Below are positions 23,170-32,789 of a stretch of DNA of 64,000 bases, in pieces. The translations under genes and the position numbers were made by a program. The notes under the pieces were generated by a model. That model ran no database searches. It saw only the letters and a list, made by a program, of their open reading frames with translations, and was not told the origin of the DNA. Position 1 is the first letter of the stretch; the number at the start of each line of letters is the position of its first letter. Origin of the DNA: Thermodesulfobacteriota bacterium (GTDB lineage Bacteria; Desulfobacterota_D; UBA1144; Nemesobacterales; Mycalebacteriaceae); the NCBI GenBank assembly GCA_965206175.1, contig CBDBJA010000004.1, forward strand, positions 82,414-146,413, written 5' to 3'.

Positions 23170-23487
23170 ATGAACAGAACAAAAAAACAACCCCGATTTC
23201 ACGCGGAGAAAAAAGACATCCGTAAACTCATAGCCCTCGGCGAGATAGTGGAAAAGACTTTCGGCATAACGGACAAAGAAAAAATTGATTCCGCAAAAAG
23301 GAAGAAGTTTGACAGTCTTATAGTTTCCGTAACCGAAGAACTGAAAAACCGCGACACCCGCAAAGCGGAACAAATCGTCAAATCAATCCTGACCGATGTC
23401 CTGCTTTACCATGAAACAAGAGCGGACTTTATGATAAAAAACCATCTGAAAAGTGTAAGCGTCCGCTTCAAAACTACCGAACATTAA
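23170..23487 (+). CDS. hypothetical small basic protein
   Basis: ORF open from GTG 23071, with the first ATG at 23170 (MNRTKKQPRFHAEKKDIRKLIALGEIVEKTFG...). I recognise no family. It is AT-rich and lies just downstream of tRNA-Leu. Confidence 0.4.
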   Translation: MNRTKKQPRFHAEKKDIRKLIALGEIVEKTFGITDKEKIDSAKRKKFDSLIVSVTEELKNRDTRKAEQIVKSILTDVLLYHETRADFMIKNHLKSVSVRFKTTEH

Positions 23488-24268
23488 CCCCGCCTTCAAC
23501 CGTGTCCGCGGCTTCGGGTGCAACCTCATTTTCGGGCGTATCCGCCACGGTTTCCGGTATCCCGGAAGTTTCAATTTCAGGCGTATCCGCGGTCTCAACC
23601 TGAGATTCGGTCTGATTTTCTTCGGATTCCGGTTCGGGGTCAAAGACTCCCGCTTTCGGGAAGGAGATTGCAAACCTCGCATACACGGCTTCCGCTTTCT
23701 CTTTGCTTCCGCTTTCCCTGTATGCGGTTCCAAGAAGAGGCAGAACTCTTTTCTCGTGATGCGCGATTCGCAGTGACAGCAACTCCTCAAAGTATGCTAT
23801 CGCTTCTTCCCAGCTTTCAAGACGATAGTTTGCAAACCCCGCCATAAAAAGAGCGTTGGGTCTGAGAATTTCATCGGGAGATTCGAAAAGAAAACGCTCC
23901 ATACGCTCAAGAGATTCTCTGTCTTCTTCCAGTCTGAAAAGAATCGCCCCTTCGTAGTAGTCGGCAATTTTCAGTTCCGGAAAATCGTTCCTGACACTTT
24001 TTATGGCCGAGAGGGATTCGTCTATCTCGCCTCTCTCATAAGCCTCAATCGCGGCGTCCATCCTTCTGTTCGCTTCCATAAGACTGTTTTCCCGCGAACT
24101 GAGAAAAAGCCCGGTCAGCACAGCCGCCGCAATTACAACCAGAAAAAATGCGGCAAAAGAAAGCCCGCTTACTTTCGCAAGACGCCCGAAAATTCTTTCC
24201 ATAACCGGAACTCCGGTCAGTGGGTTGTCGCCGGGAACCTGTCTGTCGCTGTCGCTGTTGCCGTTCAT
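23474..24268 (-). CDS. membrane-anchored TPR-like protein with acidic Pro/Glu-rich C-terminal tail
   Basis: One TM segment (LSFAAFFLVVIAAAVLTGLFL) is followed by helical-repeat-like sequence (ADYYEGAILF..., ALFMAGFANY...EEAIAYFE). The tail is DPEPESEENQTESQVETADTPE... Confidence 0.55.
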   Translation of the reverse strand: MNGNSDSDRQVPGDNPLTGVPVMERIFGRLAKVSGLSFAAFFLVVIAAAVLTGLFLSSRENSLMEANRRMDAAIEAYERGEIDESLSAIKSVRNDFPELKIADYYEGAILFRLEEDRESLERMERFLFESPDEILRPNALFMAGFANYRLESWEEAIAYFEELLSLRIAHHEKRVLPLLGTAYRESGSKEKAEAVYARFAISFPKAGVFDPEPESEENQTESQVETADTPEIETSGIPETVADTPENEVAPEAADTVEGGVNVR

Positions 24269-24295
24269 TGTCGGACGGTTATTATAGTTCTTAAA

Positions 24296-25672
24296 GTGAT
24301 GTCCCGCAAGGTATCATATATTGTCGCCGTGTTTCTGTGCGCATGCTTTCTGTGCGCAACCTTCGTCACATCAGGAAACGCGGAGGAAGGATTTGAAAAA
24401 CAACCCAAAACTGTTGTTGTTGCAACCCTCAAGGGAACCATCAATCCTTTCACGGCGGATTTTGTCAAGACGGCAATAGAAAGCGCACAACGGCAAAAAG
24501 CCGGAGTGGTCGTCATTGTTATTGACACTCCCGGCGGACTGCTGAATTCAACCCAAGAGATAGTCAAAGACATTTTGAACTCTCCGGTGCCCGTAGTCGC
24601 TTATGTTTCCCCGTCCGGAGCGACCGCCGCCTCCGCCGGAACTTTCATAGTTCTTGCGTCCCACATTGCGGCAATGGCTCCCGGAACAAGCATAGGGGCG
24701 GCGCAGCCGGTTACCTCGGAAGGCAAAGCCAAAGAAGGCAAGGCGGGCAAAAAGATAGAAAATTTCGCCGCTTCCTACATAAAGAGCATCGCGGAAAAAA
24801 GAAACCGCAACGCAAAATGGGCGGTCAGCGCGGTCAGGGAAAGTTCATCGGTAACTTGGGAATACGCCGTCAAAAAGAACATAGTGGACCTTGCGGCGAA
24901 AGATATGAACTCCCTGCTTGAAAAAATTGACGGAACCGAGATACAAATCGGAAACGGAATCAGAAAACTGTCAACATCGGGGGCAAAGATTCTCACGCAC
25001 AAAATGTCAACCCGTCAGCGGGTCGGAAACATTCTCGGCTCGCCGGACATCGCATATCTTCTTCTGTCTCTGGGTTCCATAGGGATTTTAATGGAGATTT
25101 ACAATCCCGGAAGCATATTCCCGGGTGTTGTGGGTCTCATCGCTCTGATGCTCGCTTTTGCTTCCCTTCAGATTCTTCCGTTCAACTACGCCGGTCTCGG
25201 ACTCATAGCGGTCGGCATGGGGCTTATGGTCGCCGAAGTGTTCATGACGAGTTACGGGCTTCTGGCGCTTGGCGGAATCATATCGCTTCTTGCCGGAGGG
25301 GTTCTTCTTTTTGACCCCGAGGAAACCGGCGGATTGAGAGTGGGATATGAGGCTCTTGCCACGGTTGGCGCGACTTTCGGTCTGCTTTTTGCTTTTGTGG
25401 TTTTTTCCATTATGCGTTCCTCAAAAATTTCCTATCTGGGCGGAGAGGAAGCGTTTGCGGGCAGGGAAGGCAGAGTTGTTGACTGGGACGGTGACGGAGG
25501 TATAGTGTTTGTCAGCGGGGAATACTGGAAAGCCGAGAGCGATGACGCTCTTTCAAAAGGTTCTCCTGTTGTTCTTCTGGGAAAAGAGAGAGGTCTGAAA
25601 GTCAAGGTTAAGCGCCGTAACGGGGAAAGTTCCGAAACGGCGGTTGACGAAAAAAACAAGGAGAAAAAATGA
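24296..25672 (+). CDS. nfeD: NfeD-family membrane-bound ClpP-class serine protease
   Basis: IDTPGGLL...[28 protein letters not shown], a central multi-TM block and a C-terminal OB-like domain (GEYWKAES). It is paired with an SPFH gene, as is usual. Confidence 0.85.
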   Translation: MMSRKVSYIVAVFLCACFLCATFVTSGNAEEGFEKQPKTVVVATLKGTINPFTADFVKTAIESAQRQKAGVVVIVIDTPGGLLNSTQEIVKDILNSPVPVVAYVSPSGATAASAGTFIVLASHIAAMAPGTSIGAAQPVTSEGKAKEGKAGKKIENFAASYIKSIAEKRNRNAKWAVSAVRESSSVTWEYAVKKNIVDLAAKDMNSLLEKIDGTEIQIGNGIRKLSTSGAKILTHKMSTRQRVGNILGSPDIAYLLLSLGSIGILMEIYNPGSIFPGVVGLIALMLAFASLQILPFNYAGLGLIAVGMGLMVAEVFMTSYGLLALGGIISLLAGGVLLFDPEETGGLRVGYEALATVGATFGLLFAFVVFSIMRSSKISYLGGEEAFAGREGRVVDWDGDGGIVFVSGEYWKAESDDALSKGSPVVLLGKERGLKVKVKRRNGESSETAVDEKNKEKK

Positions 25673-26486
25673 TTCCAATACCTTCAATTACAACTTTGCT
25701 GATAATAGTGGTTCTCTTCTGCTGCTGTCAGGATCGAAAATTCTCAAGGAATACGAAAGGGGCGTGGTTATGCGTCTTGGGCGTGTCATAGGCGTAAAAG
25801 GTCCGGGTTTTGTCTGGATAATCCCTTTTGTTGACAAGATGACACGGCTCAGTCTTCGCGTGATAGCGATGGATGTTCCGCCTCAGGATGTAATCACAAA
25901 AGACAATGTGTCTGTCAAGGTAAACGCCGTTTTGTATTTTAGGGTGATTAACCCGATAAACACGATTGTAAAAGTGGAGAACTACTATTACGCGACTTCC
26001 CAACTTGCCCAGACGACTTTAAGGAGTGTTCTCGGTCAGGTTGAACTGGACGGGCTTCTTGCTGAAAGGGAGGAGTTGAATCTGAAACTTCAGGAAGTTT
26101 TGGACCAGCAGACCGATGATTGGGGGATAAAGGTTACGCTTGTTGAGGTGAAGCATGTTGATTTGCCTCAGGAGATGCAGAGAGCGATGGCGAAGCAGGC
26201 GGAAGCCGAAAGGGAGAGAAGGGCGCGAATCATAAGCGCGGAAGGAGAGTTTCAGGCGTCTCAGAAAATTGCCGACGCATCCGATATTCTTTCAAGAAAT
26301 CCGGCATCGCTTCAGTTGAGGTTTTTACAGGCGTTGTCAGATCTTCCGTCCGAGAGAAATTCAACGATAATTGTTCCGCTTCCGCTTGAGTTGTTGAAGC
26401 CGTTTATGGAGAAGAAAGTTTTTGACGACAAGCCGCAGATTAAGCCCTCGGGGAATAGTGATCCGTTTAAGAGCTCGGGCGGGTAA
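25669..26486 (+). CDS. SPFH/band-7 (stomatin-like) protein, probable frameshift near the 5' end
   Basis: The body (frame of ORF 25644..26486) has [17 protein letters not shown]...[11 protein letters not shown]...EAERERRA. The expected N-terminal TM helix ([17 protein letters not shown]) is encoded from ATG 25669, behind AAGGAG, in a different frame. The frames switch around 25711-25722. Confidence 0.8.
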
Positions 26487-26536
26487 GAACAAAGATATAA
26501 CCGCCTTTTGAAATAAACTTGAAAGAGAGGTGTCGG

Positions 26537-27679
26537 ATGAGTAAAAACATCTTGGGATTAAAAGAATTGACGGAAGCGGTTTCAAAAGCCGCGGCAATTC
26601 GCCTGCGGTTGGAATTGGAACCTGTCGCCGGAAAGGGCGAGAAGATTTTCCCTCCAACCTACAAGGGAGGCACATACGCAATTGAGGATAGAGTTGACTC
26701 CAATGGGGAGATTGAAAAATGCGTCACCATAGACTCGGTTCAGTCTCAGGCAAACCGTTTTGAAGAGTGTTTACAAAAAGCGATTGATGAAGGCGCTATT
26801 ACCCTGCCAATAATTGAGATTGACCTTGAGTCATTGAAATCAAAAGATGGCGAGGGCAGAATCACGACATTGACCGCGCCTCATAGATGGGCGGACGCTT
26901 ATTTTATTTACAGTCAAGACGACAAAAAGAAAAAGTTTAGAGATACTGAAATCGGCATAGCATTGTCCGAAGCGTTGCCTAAAAATGCAACCGTCTTATT
27001 TCAATACTGCCCGACTTCACTGCTTTTTGGCGTTTGGGATTCTCATAAAGCAAAGGGGGCAACGGGAACAAAGTTTGAAAGGTGCCTGGCATCGGAAATC
27101 GTCGCATACGGAATAGAAGAAGGAACCCGCTTTGCGAGCAAGGGAGACCCTATGGTGAGCAGCAATGCGGACAAGTTCAAAGGTCAGGAAGCGTCTAAGT
27201 TGGGATTTGGCATGATTCCGCCTACAGACACTCACGGAGGAATTACCTCAAAGACAATCAGGCAGGTTTCTTTAATTTCTCTGACCGGATTGCGAAAACT
27301 GCGCTTTCCTCTCAACGGCAAATCCGACATGGAAACAGATAACGCCGCAAGGACTGTTTTGGCCGCCTTGGGTCTTTTTGCGCTTACCGATTTATTCCAT
27401 CGCGGTTACTCTCTGCGGTCAGGATGTTCCCTGCGTTCATCCGAAAAAGAATTGACTTTTGAAATTGTCAGCAACGGCGGAGAACGTTCTTTTACACTTG
27501 ACAAAGAATCCGCCACATCCTTATTCATGGATGCGGTTGAACAATCTAAAAAAGCAAAATTGCCGTGGGAAACAAAGCCAAAAACTTTCTATGCGACTGA
27601 AGAATTGAAAAAGTGGATTTTAGCAGCCCAGAAACAAGACAAGGAAGGCAAAAACGACAACAAAAAAGAAGGTGACTGA
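26537..27679 (+). CDS. csb1: type I-U/I-G CRISPR-associated Cas7u (Csb1, GSU0053-family-like)
   Basis: The motifs KIFPPTYKGGTYA and IDSVQSQANRFEE match what I remember as Csb1/Cas7u hallmarks. It is the first gene of a coupled four-gene operon next to a CRISPR array. Confidence 0.75.
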   Translation: MSKNILGLKELTEAVSKAAAIRLRLELEPVAGKGEKIFPPTYKGGTYAIEDRVDSNGEIEKCVTIDSVQSQANRFEECLQKAIDEGAITLPIIEIDLESLKSKDGEGRITTLTAPHRWADAYFIYSQDDKKKKFRDTEIGIALSEALPKNATVLFQYCPTSLLFGVWDSHKAKGATGTKFERCLASEIVAYGIEEGTRFASKGDPMVSSNADKFKGQEASKLGFGMIPPTDTHGGITSKTIRQVSLISLTGLRKLRFPLNGKSDMETDNAARTVLAALGLFALTDLFHRGYSLRSGCSLRSSEKELTFEIVSNGGERSFTLDKESATSLFMDAVEQSKKAKLPWETKPKTFYATEELKKWILAAQKQDKEGKNDNKKEGD

Positions 27680-29115
27680 TGCTCATCATTTCAGTCAACT
27701 ACCTTATGGGACGCGCCGTTGCGAGAGACTATTTCAGCAGTCCTTCAACAAGCGAATGGCCTCCCCATCCCTGCCGTCTTTTTTCGGCAATGGTTGCAAG
27801 CTGGGGAAATGCGGACGAAGATGAATCCGAAGCGGATGCCCTAAAATGGCTTGAAAAACAAAATCCTCCCGAAATCACCGCCTGTAAGGTTCAAACCGGA
27901 AAAGCAGTAACTCTTTGTTCAATAAGGTCGGATAAGATAGAAGATAAAAACGAAGAAGGGAGAGTAATATTACAACCCGCCACCGAACATCATTTCCCCC
28001 GTATCGCGCTTTCGGACCCTCAAGTTTTCTTCATCTGGAAAAACGGGGGAAAAGAATTTGACGGACACCGTCCCGCACTTGAAGCCATCGTGCGGAGAAT
28101 ACCTTATCTTGGAACTTCAATGTCTCCCGTAACCGTCTCACTGTGTGATTCTCCGCCCGAAGTTAAAAACCTGATTCACTATGTTCCAAACAAAAACGGC
28201 GATTTATCCCTGAGGGTCGCACACAAGGGGCGTTTTGACAACCTGTGTTCAATATACGAAAAGAGCGGAGGAAAAAGTTCCGATATTCCCGTTTCGCCTC
28301 AAGTTTCCTATACGGACAAAGAACCCGGGGAAACCGTTCCCGATGAAACTCACGACATAATTGTTCTGAAACTGTCTCCCGACAAGGATAAAGATCCGCA
28401 AAGCTGTCTCCCTTATTTACAACACTGTCATAAATCATCGGATGTTTTACACAAAGCGATGATTCAAAAAGCGGAAGAGACGGGAGTTTCCGCCGAAGCA
28501 AAGGAACTTATTTCGGGACACCCTTCCGGCTCGTCGGACAAAACTGAAAAACCGCACATCACGCGTATCCCTCTGGCAAATGTCGGATGGGAACATTCGG
28601 ACGGCAAGGTGTTCGGGTTTGCTTTGCTTTTGCCTCCAGGAACGGAAGCAAGAGTTGTTCGTGAAATCAACAAAGTTGCCGAAGGGCTGGAGTATTTGAC
28701 AGCCGGAGGTTTTGGCGTTTGGAATGTGGAAGTTGTTGACCCCGAAGTAAGTCAGATGTCTTTGAATCCATCGCGTTATTTGAAGTCTTCCAAACTATGG
28801 GCAACAATAACTCCGGTGCAGTTTGACACTCCGCCAAACCGTCCCAACAGCGCGCAAAGTTACAAGATTCTACACCGAAGTTTTGAAAGACAGGGATTGC
28901 CAAGTCCTGTTTTCGGCAATAGCAGACAGTTGCAACATTCTCCAATTCAAGGCGTCCCGCGAAGTCAGGATTTCAAGGTTTTACGAAGAGAAGACGACCG
29001 CAGACCTTGGACTCACCTTACAGTTGAGTTCAAAGAGTCGGTTAAAGGTCCCGTTATTGTCGGCGCGTTACGCTTTTTTGGTTTGGGTCTTATGATGCCC
29101 ATTGATGAAAACTGA
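27679..29115 (+). CDS. csb2: type I-U/I-G CRISPR-associated Cas5u-Cas6 fusion (Csb2, GSU0054-family-like)
   Basis: The N-terminus MLIISVNYLMGRAVA...EWPPHPCRLFSAMVA matches the Csb2 pattern (EWPPxPxRLF). A C-terminal RAMP glycine-rich loop is present (GALRFFGLGLMMP). The start overlaps the csb1 stop (ATGA-type coupling at 27679). Confidence 0.75.
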   Translation: MLIISVNYLMGRAVARDYFSSPSTSEWPPHPCRLFSAMVASWGNADEDESEADALKWLEKQNPPEITACKVQTGKAVTLCSIRSDKIEDKNEEGRVILQPATEHHFPRIALSDPQVFFIWKNGGKEFDGHRPALEAIVRRIPYLGTSMSPVTVSLCDSPPEVKNLIHYVPNKNGDLSLRVAHKGRFDNLCSIYEKSGGKSSDIPVSPQVSYTDKEPGETVPDETHDIIVLKLSPDKDKDPQSCLPYLQHCHKSSDVLHKAMIQKAEETGVSAEAKELISGHPSGSSDKTEKPHITRIPLANVGWEHSDGKVFGFALLLPPGTEARVVREINKVAEGLEYLTAGGFGVWNVEVVDPEVSQMSLNPSRYLKSSKLWATITPVQFDTPPNRPNSAQSYKILHRSFERQGLPSPVFGNSRQLQHSPIQGVPRSQDFKVLRREDDRRPWTHLTVEFKESVKGPVIVGALRFFGLGLMMPIDEN

Positions 29116-31856
29116 TGTCTGAAAGTTATTCATTTACAAATTTCTTTGAGGAACTGCACGGTTGCAAACCTTTTCCTTGGCAAGACCGGCTGGCAAATGA
29201 AATATCTGAAAAGCGAAATATGCCGGACATTCTGAATCTGCCAACGGCTTCGGGCAAAACCGCTTTGATTGACATTTGGCTGTGGTCTCTTTACAAAAAC
29301 ATTTCAAGCGAAAACAAACGGGATATTCCCATACGCCTTTTCTATGTGGTGAACCGCCGTCTCATTGCCGATGCCGCGCACAAAAGGGCGGAACATATCG
29401 CCGCAAAATTGAGAGAATCACGCAACGGAGTTTTAAGAAAAATGGCGGACGGCTTGCAAACTTTTTCCGGTAACGATTCTCCGCTGGAAACCGCAATTTT
29501 ACGCGGCGGTATGGCGCGGGAATCAAACTGGTGCAAATCTCCGGCGCAACCGATGGTTTGCAGCGGAACGGTTGATATGATTGGCTCGCGCCTTCTGTTT
29601 CGCGGCTATGGAATACCGCTCAGGCAGCGTTCCATTGATGCCGGACTGACGGGTTGCGATGCGATGGTGGTTCTTGATGAAGTTCACCTTTCGGAAGCGT
29701 TTGAAAGCACACTGAAAAACATCGCCAATCTACGCGGCGATGAAAGTGAAACAGAAAAATTGCGCGTGGTTCGCATGTCTGCGACAAACCGCAACGGCAA
29801 AGAGAAGGCGTTTGAACTGAACGAATCGGACTTCAAAAACAAAGATATTTTAAGGCGTCATGGAAACCCCAAATCCGTCCGGCTGGAACAGACAAAAAGT
29901 GGAAAGACTTCCGACCTCATTGATAAACTGGCGGAACAGGCGGAACTTGCTTTGAAAAGTTCCGAAATAAAAACCCCCGTTGTCGCGGTGGTTGTAAACA
30001 CGGTTGAAGTTGCGCGGGAAATTCACAATTTGCTAACAAACAAAAAAGACGGCACGGAAGCAGTTCTGCTGACGGGCAGATGCCGACCGTTTGAACGGGA
30101 AGAAATGATTGAGGAATACGGTCAACGCCTGTTCGCGCAGGAAAAACGGGACGGTGAAACGCCCTTGTTTGTTATCGCAACACAGTGCGTTGAAGTGGGG
30201 GCGGACTTTGATTTTGACGCAATGGTTTCGGAGATTGCGCCTCTGGATTCTCTGATTCAGAGATTCGGAAGGTTGAACCGCTTGGGACGGCGAAAAGAAG
30301 CGGAAGGGGTTGTTGTGGCTCCGAAAAGTTTTGGTGAGCGGAAAAAGCAAATTCCATTTTACGGCGATGCGCCGGAAAAGACATGGAAGCGGTTGAAAAG
30401 AATTGCAAAGAAAGACAAAGTGGATTTTTGCGTGTCCGCAATTAAAAAGGAAAATCTTCAAGATGACGATTGTATCGTTCCCCGCAAAAATGCTCCCGTG
30501 ATTGCGCCGGAGTATGTTGATATATGGTCTCGCACAAGTGTCGGGCAGTTTGCCGAATCGGATATTTCTTTGTTTCTTCACGGAGAGTCCGAACCGGCGG
30601 ATGTTCAAGTGGTGTGGCGGGGAGATATACCTGAGGACTTGGACGGTGAAGTTCCGCCGTCAGCACTGCAAGTTCTTTCGGGACTGCCTCCTCAAGCCGG
30701 AGAGTCGGTTTCTCTTCCGGTATGGAAATTCAGAAACTGGATTACGGGGGGAGGTAAAGACGAATCTCTCGCCGATGTTGAAGGAAGCGGCAAGGAAGCG
30801 AAAAGCGGACAGGGAACAAAAGCCGGAAAAATCATCCGTTGGAGAGGATATGAAAAAGATGAAAAAGACAGGGCAAAACTTGTTTCGCCTCAGGAGATAA
30901 AATCGGGCGATGTTGTGGTTCTGTCTTCCGCGCGGGGCGGATGCGATGAGTTTGGCTGGAATCCACAATACGAAAAAAGTGTAAAAGACATTGCAAAGAA
31001 AAGGAGGAAAGCGCGTAAAAATTATCGGGAATACGCTCTCCGTGTTCATCCCAATTGCTGCGACTGCGACAAGTCATGGAAAGATGTAAAAGAGTGGATT
31101 GGAGACGAAGGTCTTCCCGTTTCACGGAAAATTGCCGAAAAACTGTTTGGAATAAAAAATCCTGAAAATTGCAAAGTTGTTCTCTACGGCAAAACATGGG
31201 AAAAAGGTTTTGCTCTTTTGATTCGGGAGAACAAGGAACAAAAACGGAGCAGGGGCGGCAAGTTTGTGTCATTGAAAAAACACTGTGAAGGCGTTGCGGC
31301 AATGGCGGAAGACTTTGCAAAGAAAGCGGGGCTTTCAAAGGAATTTGCCGCCGTTATGAAAACCGCCGGAGAGTGGCATGATGCGGGCAAGGCGGAAAGC
31401 CGGTGGCAGGAATACATAAGAGGCGGGGAAAATTCTGATGAACCCGTTGCAAAATCTCCGCTCCCCGTTGACCCGAAAGCATGGGGAAAGTCCGGTCTGT
31501 CCAAAGGTGAGCGTCATGAGTATTGGTCTTGCTTGCTTGCGGAGAAAAAATTGCCGGAAGAAAACCGCGATTTGATTTTACATCTTATTGCGTCTCATCA
31601 CGGCAACGCCCGTCCTTTTCCAATGCCGCCCGAGGACGGGGGAGAACTGGCAAGAGCATCCGACAAGCAACAAATTGAATTCAACGGCGCGAGCGCAAAA
31701 GTGGCGGACAGCCTTGGTCTTTGGAAACTGGACAGCGGGTTTGCTTCAAGGTTTGCGGAATTAAACAAACAATACGGCTATTGGGGGCTGGCTTATCTGG
31801 AAGCAATTTTCCGGCTTGCGGATTATGAACAGTCGCGCCGTGAGGAAACGGAATGA
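29115..31856 (+). CDS. cas3: CRISPR-associated Cas3 helicase-nuclease with C-terminal HD domain (Cas3u-like)
   Basis: It has SF2 helicase motif I LPTASGKT, motif II LDEVH and the later QRFGRLNR. The C-terminal HD nuclease motifs are EWHDAGK and IASHHG. The start overlaps the csb2 stop. Confidence 0.85.
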   Translation: MSESYSFTNFFEELHGCKPFPWQDRLANEISEKRNMPDILNLPTASGKTALIDIWLWSLYKNISSENKRDIPIRLFYVVNRRLIADAAHKRAEHIAAKLRESRNGVLRKMADGLQTFSGNDSPLETAILRGGMARESNWCKSPAQPMVCSGTVDMIGSRLLFRGYGIPLRQRSIDAGLTGCDAMVVLDEVHLSEAFESTLKNIANLRGDESETEKLRVVRMSATNRNGKEKAFELNESDFKNKDILRRHGNPKSVRLEQTKSGKTSDLIDKLAEQAELALKSSEIKTPVVAVVVNTVEVAREIHNLLTNKKDGTEAVLLTGRCRPFEREEMIEEYGQRLFAQEKRDGETPLFVIATQCVEVGADFDFDAMVSEIAPLDSLIQRFGRLNRLGRRKEAEGVVVAPKSFGERKKQIPFYGDAPEKTWKRLKRIAKKDKVDFCVSAIKKENLQDDDCIVPRKNAPVIAPEYVDIWSRTSVGQFAESDISLFLHGESEPADVQVVWRGDIPEDLDGEVPPSALQVLSGLPPQAGESVSLPVWKFRNWITGGGKDESLADVEGSGKEAKSGQGTKAGKIIRWRGYEKDEKDRAKLVSPQEIKSGDVVVLSSARGGCDEFGWNPQYEKSVKDIAKKRRKARKNYREYALRVHPNCCDCDKSWKDVKEWIGDEGLPVSRKIAEKLFGIKNPENCKVVLYGKTWEKGFALLIRENKEQKRSRGGKFVSLKKHCEGVAAMAEDFAKKAGLSKEFAAVMKTAGEWHDAGKAESRWQEYIRGGENSDEPVAKSPLPVDPKAWGKSGLSKGERHEYWSCLLAEKKLPEENRDLILHLIASHHGNARPFPMPPEDGGELARASDKQQIEFNGASAKVADSLGLWKLDSGFASRFAELNKQYGYWGLAYLEAIFRLADYEQSRREETE

Positions 31857-32755
31857 CAAACGGAACGGAAACAAAATTATTTCCTTTGCCTTATTTTCAC
31901 TATGGCAACTTGCAGGCCTTTATGGCTTTGTGCGGACTGATGAATCTTTTGCATGAAAACAAAAAAGAATGGAAACCTGCCTGTCAATGGAAAGAAACCA
32001 ATGATACAAGGGGTTTTTGTCCCACCATCAGATTGTCCGTTTCTACCACGGAAAAAGAATTTGCAAGCATTGTCTATAAAAATGTGAAAAAAGATTTAAG
32101 AAAAAAATCAGAACATTGGATAGATAATCTTAAAACCGATAACGAAAAAATTATACAGCCATTGGCTTTTTGCTTCCCCGAAGAACCAAAAAAATCACCA
32201 TTCTGGATGGCGGATGTTAAACCAGCGAAAACAGCAAAAGCATCTATGGAAAACTTAACCGAAGACCATATTGGAGATTCTCTTTTCAAGAAGTGGGATT
32301 ATGGTGAAAGGTCAACAAAATTCAAAAGAGCAGGAGATAAAAACAAATATATTCCCGTAGGTAAATTAGGCTATGACCCTATTTACTCTAACCGCACACA
32401 ATCCAAACTTGGCTATAGGCCTAAAGATGATAAGTCTGTTCCAGTTGAAGGTGGGGCAAACGCTCTTGCTGGTTGTGGGTGGGATATGTTTCCGTGTATC
32501 CCTTTAGTAAAGGGAAATGTCAGCGCACCTTGTTATTTTAGAGAGAAAAACGCGAATATGGTTCGCTATCCTCTTTGGAATGTGTGGCTTGATTTTGAAG
32601 AAATAAAGTCATTGTTATGGTCAAACTGGCATGAGTTTTCTAATCCTCAATTAGAGGCAATAGGAATTACGGATATAATTTCTGTGAAAATAGAAAAAAA
32701 AGAAAAGGGGGGTTGGCGTCCTTTGCAAGGACAAATTTTCAAAAAAATTGTTTGA
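31853..32755 (+). CDS. hypothetical CRISPR-associated protein in the Cas8u (Csx17/Csb3) position, 300 aa
   Basis: The ATG overlaps the cas3 stop (ATGA, 31853-31856). The N-terminus LFPLPYFHYGNLQAFMALCGLMNLL loosely recalls the Csx17/Cas8u N-terminal motif. The gene is visibly AT-rich, and its stop is only 34 nt before the first CRISPR repeat. The family assignment is unverified. Confidence 0.5.
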   Translation: MTNGTETKLFPLPYFHYGNLQAFMALCGLMNLLHENKKEWKPACQWKETNDTRGFCPTIRLSVSTTEKEFASIVYKNVKKDLRKKSEHWIDNLKTDNEKIIQPLAFCFPEEPKKSPFWMADVKPAKTAKASMENLTEDHIGDSLFKKWDYGERSTKFKRAGDKNKYIPVGKLGYDPIYSNRTQSKLGYRPKDDKSVPVEGGANALAGCGWDMFPCIPLVKGNVSAPCYFREKNANMVRYPLWNVWLDFEEIKSLLWSNWHEFSNPQLEAIGITDIISVKIEKKEKGGWRPLQGQIFKKIV

Positions 32756-32789
32756 ATTGTTAGTGAACTCAACAGGTTGAAAACGATTT

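Noticed and set aside
22892-24268. An integrated prophage or genomic island at tRNA-Leu.
   Set aside because: There is no integrase, no visible duplication of the tRNA 3' end, and only one orphan ORF before ordinary genes resume. I kept it only as a low-interest note.
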